Shown: positions 56,417 to 64,000 of the stretch, one piece after another
Position numbering within the stretch: position 1 is the stretch's first letter
Layout: each line of letters starts with the position of its first letter
Source of the DNA: a virus
Strand: one strand, 5' to 3'
DNA: 64,000 nt
Virus record (IMG/VR): IMGVR_UViG_3300046616_000188
Made by a program: the position numbers and the translations under genes
The notes under the pieces: generated by a model
What the model was told of the DNA's origin: nothing
Seen by the model: only the letters and a program-made list of their open reading frames with translations
The model's database searches: none

Positions 56417-58123
56417 TTAAGATGCTTCGTAACATCCAATGTTTGCTGTTCCGCCAGAGGCTAGGGCATTGCCAAATAGATCAATTGTGCCTAGGTTAAT
56501 GCTAAATAGAGAGTTGATGTTTTGTCCCGCATTCTTAGCTGGCGAAGACGATTGTAATTTATAAGGAGTTAGAGCGGCGATATTGAATCCATTTGTATTG
56601 CCAACCGGAACAGTGCCTTGTAACAATGGATCACCACTGACTGATACGTTGGTGCTAGTAATAGTTTCTTGCGTTGAAAAAGCGCCGCGCCATGCTCCAA
56701 TTGAAGTATAAGTTGAAGCTCCCCATTTGATAGATACTGACGCGACAGTGCTATATAAATTTCCAATAAATCTAATAGCAGGAGTCAAGCTGGTAGAAGA
56801 ATAGATTAGTTTTGTTGTAGCGCCGGTTAGATAAAAAATGTTATTGCAAACATAAGTGGTTGTAAATTTATCTGGATTAGAAAAAACATACACTCCATTA
56901 ATTGAAGCTACGCTGCTATAAATCGTATTGTTATAAATTGAATTTCCCGGCGCGGCTCTTGACGCCTCTGCTGTTCCAATTAGTATCCCTCCTTTGGAAG
57001 TCGGCGCTTGCGTGCCATCGTTCTCAGAGATGTTGAAACGAATTGTATTACCACTCAAGGCAAGAACAGTTGAATCATTAAATTGATAAAGCTGGAAACC
57101 TGAGCCATAGTTATCGTGGCTATAACAAAATTGAATGACGCAGTTTTGACAACCTCCGTCAATATCGAAGCCGCCTCCATCTGACGTTCCGGTTCCGGTT
57201 TTGTTATGGTGACTTTCGCAATATTGAATAACAGAGTTTGTACATTCATACAACCAAATGCCGACAGGACCAGACGCGAAAGTGTTATTAGCGCCATTGT
57301 TGTAGGCTTCGCAAAATTCTATTAATGCATTATTACATTGGCCTAGAATAATCCCGCTTCCAGAATGAGAAACCGTAATCCCGGCCTTGCCTGTGCAGTT
57401 ATAGACCTTACAATTTCTAACGACCGGATTTGTATGGCTTACAGCATTTGCTACTAGTCCATAAAGACCTTGAATTGTAATCCCATTGCCTGCATAATCG
57501 ATGCAATTTCCGGTGCAGTCATGGACTACACAGCTATCGATAAGTGGAGCATCCCAGCCAGAAGCAGAATTAGCGGCATAAGCCGTATCTCCAGTATAAA
57601 GCGAAATACCATCAACACCGTAGCCAGAAACATCTAATCTTAAAAGCGTGAAGCTTTTTAATTTAGTGCTACCGAGTTGGTCATTGGTACAGTAAAGTCC
57701 CGTCGCCGTGCTAACAGTAGTACCTGTTCCTACAAAAATTAAATCCTGAACCGTTACATGGTGAGGATTTACCAAAGTAGCTCCTCTGTCGCTATTGCCG
57801 GAAGCTTGGATCGTCGCCCTGCCTGTGCCATAGGAACCATAGACAGTAATTGCTCCGCTGACTCCGTAATGCTGGCCCTCGGCAAGTGTAAGCGTACCTG
57901 AGAAAGTCGCCCCGCCTTTAAAGAGAACCCACGCTCCTGCCGGAATTGTGGCACCATTAACTTTTGACAAAGTTTGCCAAGGTGTAGATGGCGACAAGCC
58001 GCTATTCGTATCGGACCCGGCAGGATCAACATAGTAAATAGCCGTAGGTTGAGAAACGCCTTTTTTAGTTACGGCGGCACTGGAAGTAATTACTGATTTT
58101 GATTTAGCGCGAGCCAGCGACAT
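56417..58123 (-). CDS. Right-handed parallel beta-helix protein (putative polysaccharide depolymerase / spike)
   Basis: YYVDPAGSDTNSG..PWQT, repeated N.I..C..HDN motifs, DGGGFDID. Confidence 0.8.
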   Translation of the reverse strand: MSLARAKSKSVITSSAAVTKKGVSQPTAIYYVDPAGSDTNSGLSPSTPWQTLSKVNGATIPAGAWVLFKGGATFSGTLTLAEGQHYGVSGAITVYGSYGTGRATIQASGNSDRGATLVNPHHVTVQDLIFVGTGTTVSTATGLYCTNDQLGSTKLKSFTLLRLDVSGYGVDGISLYTGDTAYAANSASGWDAPLIDSCVVHDCTGNCIDYAGNGITIQGLYGLVANAVSHTNPVVRNCKVYNCTGKAGITVSHSGSGIILGQCNNALIEFCEAYNNGANNTFASGPVGIWLYECTNSVIQYCESHHNKTGTGTSDGGGFDIDGGCQNCVIQFCYSHDNYGSGFQLYQFNDSTVLALSGNTIRFNISENDGTQAPTSKGGILIGTAEASRAAPGNSIYNNTIYSSVASINGVYVFSNPDKFTTTYVCNNIFYLTGATTKLIYSSTSLTPAIRFIGNLYSTVASVSIKWGASTYTSIGAWRGAFSTQETITSTNVSVSGDPLLQGTVPVGNTNGFNIAALTPYKLQSSSPAKNAGQNINSLFSINLGTIDLFGNALASGGTANIGCYEAS

Positions 58124-58153
58124 GGTGATCTTTCTACTGATTAAAAGTTTATT

Positions 58154-58183
58154 AGACTAACATTAATTTTTAAAAAAGTCAAG
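58154..58183 (-). promoter_or_regulatory. sigma70-like promoter
   Basis: (C)TTGACT-N17-TAGTCT. Confidence 0.55.
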
Positions 58184-58610
58184 TTATTTCTTCGTCGCGC
58201 CTAAAAGCAATACGAACAACTACTCTGTCCGCGCCGCGTTCTTGTCCCACGACAAAGTTACTTGGAGTTTTAAACACTAACGTCCCTGCCGTTGCGGTTT
58301 GAATATTTGTTCTTCGATAGATTTTACCCAAGAAATCTGCTACGTCATTTTGCTTCTTAGTGCCAACATCAAGCGGAGTAACTACATCGAATTGAACTAT
58401 GCCGACGTGCCTGTCTACTTGGCGTGTCGCCGCTAATTGCGCTTGAATAGAATCTCCGTGGATGATAGAAAGCCTTATGTAAGTCTTGTCATCTGGTGTC
58501 TCGAACGATTGATTCGGATATTGAATAGGAACGTCTGGAAATGTTGTTGAAAATCCAGAAGAAAGTAATTTTTCTGTGACGGCTTTACGTACTTCGTCTA
58601 ATGCTGACAT
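58179..58610 (-). CDS. Tail terminator protein
   Basis: YPNQSF.P, GIVQFDVVTP..G; neck-module position. Confidence 0.75.
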   Translation of the reverse strand: MSALDEVRKAVTEKLLSSGFSTTFPDVPIQYPNQSFETPDDKTYIRLSIIHGDSIQAQLAATRQVDRHVGIVQFDVVTPLDVGTKKQNDVADFLGKIYRRTNIQTATAGTLVFKTPSNFVVGQERGADRVVVRIAFRRDEEIT

Positions 58611-59095
58611 TATAAACTTCCTGCTTCGAGTCGGGCTAATAATTGTTCCATCGTAATTCCAAACATGCCGTTGGGACTACGAGATACAAAAGGTTCTCCC
58701 GGCAATATCCCGGCCTCTAGTCCAGAAACACTATCTGCATTGTTGCTGATATAAATCTTTACAAAAGGCTTATCTGGATTGATTACCAGATTAGAAAGAG
58801 ACGTTTCAGCAGCTTTTTCGTTTGCTGATCTTCTTGGTTCTACGCCTAGTGGCAAGTTGTTTGTTTGTCCAATAGGGCCGGATTCAACTGGACTGAAAAC
58901 CGTGGTAGAGGGCGTATTCATCGTCAGAATGTAATTTCTGACAGTGGTGCCCTCGTGGACCGGCGTTCTAGACATTAACGTTTTGTGAGAGTAACGTGCT
59001 ATTCTATCGAGACGCTTGGCGAAGTCCTTTTTCCATTTAGGAAAATAGGCGTTTAACTGATCTTTAAACTGAGGTATATTTGATTTAAAAACCAT
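58610..59095 (-). CDS. Tail completion / neck protein (HK97 gp10-like)
   Basis: RTPVHEG, YISNN...LE.G; position. Confidence 0.7.
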   Translation of the reverse strand: MVFKSNIPQFKDQLNAYFPKWKKDFAKRLDRIARYSHKTLMSRTPVHEGTTVRNYILTMNTPSTTVFSPVESGPIGQTNNLPLGVEPRRSANEKAAETSLSNLVINPDKPFVKIYISNNADSVSGLEAGILPGEPFVSRSPNGMFGITMEQLLARLEAGSL

Positions 59096-59467
59096 TTAAG
59101 CTTTTCTACATTGGAGAATCCAAACACTCTCTCCCGGTACAGTCTTTACAATTCTAACTGTCCAACGGAGATTTTTATCATCAAGGAAGTAATCATTTTC
59201 TTTGGGCTCTACGCCGTTTAAATCTTTATTTGCAATAATAAATTTAGCGTCTTTATCAACGATAATGGAATCATTAATTTCTTCAGCCTTATAGCGGGCT
59301 TTGACTGCTTTCACTGTCGTCTGCGTATCCACACTTGTTTCAACGTCATTGACAGGATCGTAAGTCGGTGTTAGACCTTTTGATACGTAGGTAATCTGTA
59401 TCGGAATATCACCGAGAATTTTAATGGCTGAAGAAACTAGATTATTAAGAGAACCTTTTAAGGCCAT
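59096..59467 (-). CDS. Head closure / stopper protein
   Basis: TYDPVND, position, beta-rich 123 aa. Confidence 0.65.
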   Translation of the reverse strand: MALKGSLNNLVSSAIKILGDIPIQITYVSKGLTPTYDPVNDVETSVDTQTTVKAVKARYKAEEINDSIIVDKDAKFIIANKDLNGVEPKENDYFLDDKNLRWTVRIVKTVPGESVWILQCRKA

Positions 59468-59470
59468 AAT

Positions 59471-59986
59471 TTAGCTCCTTCTAATTTTCGCTACAGTTGT
59501 AGAGCCGCCTTTAATTCTGCCGATCCCAAAAATGAGATCATTAATATAACTTGGGACTTCCGCAAGCCTGTAACTTTTATCAAATTCAAGCTCAATAACG
59601 TCTACAACAATCTTAGTCAGGCCGTCAGTTTCTTGCTCAACGGTTCTATCATTTTCGATAAGGAAACGCGCATACTGAGCCGTGGCTTGTTTTAATTGCT
59701 TCGGCACGACGTTAGAGGGAATTGCAACGCAGTCCCTATCAACGGTATACTTTCTAGGCCATCTCAATGCAGATGAGGGATAGGCTTTTTGCCCATCCCA
59801 ATCTGCTTTGGTGTCTAACAGGCTTGTGGCCCACGCCAATAGATATTGCTTGTTAGTGTCGTTTAGACTTTCCCAAGCAGTATTATGGATATTAGTAATA
59901 AGTATATCATTGGCTTCTGCCAGTGAAACATAAGACGTGGCATTCGGTAATCCGGTGCCATCCTCAACAACGAACGCGAACGCCAT
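59471..59986 (-). CDS. Head-tail adaptor (DnaT-like domain family)
   Basis: VEDGTGLPNATSYVS, LRWPR, VPKQLKQA. Confidence 0.75.
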   Translation of the reverse strand: MAFAFVVEDGTGLPNATSYVSLAEANDILITNIHNTAWESLNDTNKQYLLAWATSLLDTKADWDGQKAYPSSALRWPRKYTVDRDCVAIPSNVVPKQLKQATAQYARFLIENDRTVEQETDGLTKIVVDVIELEFDKSYRLAEVPSYINDLIFGIGRIKGGSTTVAKIRRS

Positions 59987-59990
59987 ATCT

Positions 59991-60719
59991 TCATCCCTTA
60001 TTTTTCTCTTTGTTGAAAGCGCCTACCCATTCTTTAGCATTCTGAGAGCGTACAACATCTTCTTCTGTAAATTCAACAACGGCAGGAGTTAGATCGTATT
60101 CAAAAATAATGTCTACGATTTTTTCTAGGCCGCTATCTGGAATATCAACTTGGTCGATATCGCCATTTACGATGGTTAAACTATTTTCTCCGATACGCGT
60201 CAAAAACAATTTTAAATCTGAGTAAGTGCAATTCTGAGCTTCGTCTAGAATAATGATGGCATCATTAAAAGTTCTGCCTCTCATATGTTCAAAGCTTAGG
60301 AATTCAATTTTCCCTAGATTTTTTAATTTATCAACATCAGCTGGTGATATTTCATCAGCAAATGAAGAAAGGATAGGCACGAGCCACGGTCTTAGTTTTG
60401 CTTCCAAGTTACCGGGTAGGAAACCTAATTCGTGCCTCTTCTGAGCCACTGTAGGTCTTGCGATAATTAATTTTTCATATTTATTTTCGACTAATTTTCT
60501 GATCGCGAAGCGGGAAGCTAGATAGGTTTTACCTGTACCTGCGCCGCCGATGGCGAAAACTTGTGTTTCAGTATTTAGGCACTCAAGATAGAATTTTTGT
60601 GTTTCAGTTTTAGGTGTTAAAGGTCTTTTTATTTTCTGTTCCGTTCTAGTTTCTTTCGCATCTCTACGGACACGACGTTTTTCAGATTTTGTTAGTGAAG
60701 CGGAATGTTCTTGAATCAC
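59991..60719 (-). CDS. phoH: PhoH-family ATPase
   Basis: GGAGTGKT, LGFLPG, MRGRTF, DEAQN, GDIDQVD, DVVRS. Confidence 0.95.
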   Translation of the reverse strand: MIQEHSASLTKSEKRRVRRDAKETRTEQKIKRPLTPKTETQKFYLECLNTETQVFAIGGAGTGKTYLASRFAIRKLVENKYEKLIIARPTVAQKRHELGFLPGNLEAKLRPWLVPILSSFADEISPADVDKLKNLGKIEFLSFEHMRGRTFNDAIIILDEAQNCTYSDLKLFLTRIGENSLTIVNGDIDQVDIPDSGLEKIVDIIFEYDLTPAVVEFTEEDVVRSQNAKEWVGAFNKEKNKG

Positions 60720-60779
60720 TTAGGATTGCCTTTTAATTTTCATTATAATAAACACACAGTAGTAATCGAAAATTTTTAA

Positions 60780-61010
60780 TTATGAACCAATAATTCTATC
60801 CTTAACAAAGTCCCACAAGTAGAACCAAGCTGCAATGACAGCAGCGGCGCTTAGTAGGATGGTTTTTACATAACGACTGACTACATTCATAGCCTCGTCT
60901 CTCTCAATCATGGTCATCATCCTGCGATAATCCTTGGCTCGCATTCTGACCACGATCAATTCTTCATCTTTATAAAGTTCGTGAATAGCTTCTTCGTCTG
61001 ACATTGGCAA
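60780..61010 (-). CDS. Small protein with C-terminal TM (possible holin/antiholin)
   Basis: ILLSAAAVIAAWFYLW. Confidence 0.5.
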   Translation of the reverse strand: MPMSDEEAIHELYKDEELIVVRMRAKDYRRMMTMIERDEAMNVVSRYVKTILLSAAAVIAAWFYLWDFVKDRIIGS

Positions 61011-61028
61011 ACATTTAACCCCTTAAAT

Positions 61029-61058
61029 AAAAAAGAGCCACATTCAATATGTGGCTCT
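61029..61058 (-). terminator. Rho-independent terminator
   Basis: AGAGCCACAT/ATGTGGCTCT + TTTTT. Confidence 0.8.
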
Positions 61059-61108
61059 GAGTCGTTCACCACGATGTTTCATGGTAAAAATAAATATTTT
61101 TATTTTTA

Positions 61109-61453
61109 TTATGATTTCTTCTTACGACCGCGAGTAGGCTTTTCAGCAACAGGCTCTGCGACTTCCTCAACTGCTACAACTTCTTCGACTGGTGCTTCTT
61201 CAGCAACAGGCTCTTCATCAGCTACAATTTCAGGAACTTCTTCTACTGCTGCTTCTTCAGCAACAGGTTCTACGACAAATACTTCGGGCGTTACAATTTC
61301 AGGAACGATAACGGGAGTAGGTTCTGTTACAGCAGTGGCTGTGACAGGTCTGTCGTAACTCCACCCAGCATGAACTACCAAGTCACGTGCGTTAACAGGT
61401 GAGTTTTCGAACATTTCGCCTTTTGGGGAATATACTTTTACCAAGTCAGACAT
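61109..61453 (-). CDS. Hypothetical protein, Glu/Val/Pro-rich tail with basic end
   Basis: EEVP/EEAP low-complexity region, ends RGRKKKS. Confidence 0.65.
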   Translation of the reverse strand: MSDLVKVYSPKGEMFENSPVNARDLVVHAGWSYDRPVTATAVTEPTPVIVPEIVTPEVFVVEPVAEEAAVEEVPEIVADEEPVAEEAPVEEVVAVEEVAEPVAEKPTRGRKKKS

Positions 61454-61510
61454 TATCTTTTCTTTCAGGTTATAGTTGATTAAAGTCTCATTTTATTGAG
61501 ACTTTAATAA

Positions 61511-61951
61511 TTAACCAACGATAGGAGCAAGATATGCGTCGTAGTCGAGGATTGGGGTTGTACCAGCAAGCGTAGCGTTGATACGAATGAAAGCAGCGTT
61601 AGAAACGAGCTTCTTGATTGTATCTACGTCTAGAAGGATGGTGTAAGCGCCTACAGCAGTTACGCCAGCAAGTGTGCCAACAACTGTGTATGAACCACCA
61701 ACAAGGTTGGAAACTTCAACAGTGAAGGTATAAGCTTCATCGCCAGTTGTACGGTCGATTGTCTTAACAAGGACGTTTACTGCGAGAACCTGATAAGGTG
61801 TCTGACCAGAGTTCCAAACAGCAGTGCCGTTATTTAGAGTGATACCAGTTTCAGCAGTTGACGCCGTAATCTGAGCGGCGGAAGTAGCACGAAGTGTTAC
61901 AGCAGCTGCCTTATCAACTAGAAACTTTACTTTAGAATTCATGTTAGCCAT
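61511..61951 (-). CDS. Putative minor capsid / decoration protein
   Basis: Directly downstream of MCP, AGGAG RBS, beta-sandwich-like composition. Confidence 0.6.
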   Translation of the reverse strand: MANMNSKVKFLVDKAAAVTLRATSAAQITASTAETGITLNNGTAVWNSGQTPYQVLAVNVLVKTIDRTTGDEAYTFTVEVSNLVGGSYTVVGTLAGVTAVGAYTILLDVDTIKKLVSNAAFIRINATLAGTTPILDYDAYLAPIVG

Positions 61952-62032
61952 TTTAATTCTCCTAAATGGTTTTATTTTTGGAAGTCAAGTCAGAAGGTTA
62001 TTCTGACTTGACTAAAGTGTCTCTAGTTGATA

Positions 62033-62965
62033 TTAGAGAGTTACGTTGGCGTTAGTGATACCCCAAACGCGGGAAGCGGCGCGACCATGCTCGACAACCA
62101 TACCAACATACCATTCAACACGTGTACGGTAGACAGGAGCGGTCTGAAGCTGACCAAGGTCCTGAACGTCGATAAAGCCGTTCTGAATACCCTTGATTTT
62201 GCCGGGGCCGATGGAGAGGACGTAGATAGAGCTTGAAGTAGAAGCGCCACCTGGACCAGCTTCGTTGAAGCCAACCATACGGTTACCAGTTTCATCGTAA
62301 TCAGCGATGAGGATTGGGAGACCGTTGTAGTAAGCAACGCGCTGGCCAAATTCATCAAGTTCGAAAACGATGTCGCCGCCGATGCCAGCACGAACAGCTG
62401 TTGAAAGCTTGTTACGCATTGTCTTCGACATTAGAAGGTGAGTAGGAGCATCGACGCGGTCAATAGCTTCGTCAAGTGCTTCAAGTGAAAGCGGTGAGTT
62501 AGCTGAAGGCGCGGTTAGGTTCGAAGGCACAAGCTGATCACCAGTGATACGCTTGCGGAGACCGTCGAATTCTAGTTCAGAGTTAAGTTCAGAGTCACCG
62601 TTAATCATCTTGTTCATGATTGAGAGTGAAAGAGCCTTAACTTTCATTGCTTCCTGTTCAGAACGAACTTCTTGGCCACGAGTTGCGATAAGGAACTTAT
62701 CAACATCAAGATCGCCACCAGCAATACGAAGAGCTTCGGTGCGCTGGTTTAGAATACCAGTTGATTCGGTGTAAGCAGCATTAACGCCACGGAAACCAAC
62801 ACCCGGAAGAGCATGCTCTTCAGTGTATGTGTATGAACCACCCGGAATGTTTTCGAAAGGAAGAACGCGAAGTAGATCGGCGTTCATTGCGAACATTTCA
62901 ACGATAGCTGAACGCTTAACGTCGCCATCATTCATTTTATTAGCTTCTAGAAGCGTAAGTGCCAT
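62033..62965 (-). CDS. Major capsid protein, phiCbK-like
   Basis: MALTLLEA, LPFENIPG, GFRGVN, GGDLDVD, FDGLRKR, YRTRVEWY. Confidence 0.9.
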   Translation of the reverse strand: MALTLLEANKMNDGDVKRSAIVEMFAMNADLLRVLPFENIPGGSYTYTEEHALPGVGFRGVNAAYTESTGILNQRTEALRIAGGDLDVDKFLIATRGQEVRSEQEAMKVKALSLSIMNKMINGDSELNSELEFDGLRKRITGDQLVPSNLTAPSANSPLSLEALDEAIDRVDAPTHLLMSKTMRNKLSTAVRAGIGGDIVFELDEFGQRVAYYNGLPILIADYDETGNRMVGFNEAGPGGASTSSSIYVLSIGPGKIKGIQNGFIDVQDLGQLQTAPVYRTRVEWYVGMVVEHGRAASRVWGITNANVTL

Positions 62966-63017
62966 GGGAATTCTCCTTGTAGGCCGTTTGTTATTTTTTT
63001 AAAAATTCAGTTTCTTG

Positions 63018-63074
63018 GGCTGTAGTTTTTTAAAACTTGGGGAACTTCCCTAAAGATTTTCCCCGTACACAGCC
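63018..63074 (-). promoter_or_regulatory. Structured leader upstream of the major capsid gene
   Basis: GGCUGU/ACAGCC closing GGGGAA/UUCCCC and AGUUUU/AAAACU helices. Confidence 0.4.
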
Positions 63075-63116
63075 GTTACGAGGAGTTTGTTTTTACCCAG
63101 CAAGGAGTATAAAAAA

Positions 63117-63893
63117 TTACTTAAGACCGGCTTTCTTGTTTGCTAGCTCAAGGCGTTGCATCGGAGAAAGTTTATTAAGTTCTTCTTTAGTCATTCCGTA
63201 ACCGGACATATTACCGCCGTTAGCACCGCCGCCGTTGGATTCCTTAAAGAGGTAAGGCATCTGTTTCTGAAGTGTCTTCATCCACTCGACCGGAGACATA
63301 GGCGTTGCACCGTCTGATCCGTAAATTGTGGAGTCGCCATTCTTCGGAATGATCTTTTCACCATCTATTTTAAATACTTTACGTGCTTCAAGAAGGATGT
63401 GCGATTCTGCTTCTGCACGAGCACCGGATTTAGGATCGTGAATGGCTGATCGAATGAAATTATCGATCTGGACGCCCTTAAGCTGATCTGTTACGGTTTC
63501 GTACTGGTTCTTCCATGTCGAACCTTCACTCGCTAGGCGACGAAGTTCTTCTTCATGGGTTTCACGCATCTTCTTAGTACGTTCGGCTAGAACTTCTTCG
63601 ATCTTGCCTGATTCAGAAAGTGTACCATCATCTACACGCTGCTTTGTCTTACGAAGCTCTTGTAGTTCTGAAACAAACTTATCAGGGTCTTCTCCGACTA
63701 CTTTAGAAAGTTTGGCAAGCTGAGCAGCGGCTGTTTCATTTGCTTTCGCAAGATCAATGTTCTTTTCTCTAAACTCATCGACTTTCGTCTTTGGCACTAG
63801 GTTAAGAACATACTTACCGTCGTCACGCTTCTTTGCTTCCGTATGAAGTTCTTCAGGAACTTGCTCAAGTACGTCAAAAAGAAATTCTGGCAT
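63117..63893 (-). CDS. Capsid scaffolding protein
   Basis: Coiled coil, upstream of MCP, YLFKESNGGGA. Confidence 0.7.
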   Translation of the reverse strand: MPEFLFDVLEQVPEELHTEAKKRDDGKYVLNLVPKTKVDEFREKNIDLAKANETAAAQLAKLSKVVGEDPDKFVSELQELRKTKQRVDDGTLSESGKIEEVLAERTKKMRETHEEELRRLASEGSTWKNQYETVTDQLKGVQIDNFIRSAIHDPKSGARAEAESHILLEARKVFKIDGEKIIPKNGDSTIYGSDGATPMSPVEWMKTLQKQMPYLFKESNGGGANGGNMSGYGMTKEELNKLSPMQRLELANKKAGLK

Positions 63894-64000
63894 TTTACAT
63901 CTCCGATGTATTTTTATAAAGTTTTTAAAATAAAAGGTCGCTCTGCAACTCTTACTACATTCACCTTGAACGTAGATTTTTAGTCTTGCGTAATTTGAAA

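Noticed and set aside
1-64000. tRNA genes, CRISPR arrays, IS elements, introns or inteins
   Set aside because: No cloverleaf, repeat-spacer array, transposase or Hint motif seen by eye; polA, nrdE and the RecD-like helicase are of normal length. tRNAscan-SE would be needed for certainty.

Overview
A 64-kb segment of a large tailed dsDNA phage genome (siphovirus-type tail). The virion module resembles the Caulobacter phiCbK group. Promoters matching the rhizobial CTTGAC-N17-CTATAT consensus, a class Ib RNR, a TAXI solute-binding protein and a membrane-anchored muramidase point to an alphaproteobacterial, probably Rhizobiales, host (inference). Bases 1-40866 (+ strand) hold accessory, RNA-repair, nucleotide-metabolism and replication genes. 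Bases 40897-63893 (- strand) hold the lysis, tail and head genes; the two arms converge at a bidirectional terminator. Most notable: (1) an SNF2 helicase split in its Walker A at G_GGA_AAA, with a 9-bp hairpin 7 nt downstream (candidate programmed -1 frameshift; a one-base sequencing error is not excluded); (2) a DUF4326 gene disrupted by two separate ~30-bp palindromic insertions; (3) H-type pseudoknot leaders upstream of the putative SSB (resembling T4 gene 32 autoregulation) and of the tail chaperone; (4) a large tRNA/RNA repair set; (5) a minimal class II aaRS-like protein. No tRNA genes, CRISPR arrays, IS elements or inteins were seen. All family calls come from motif recognition, not database searches.
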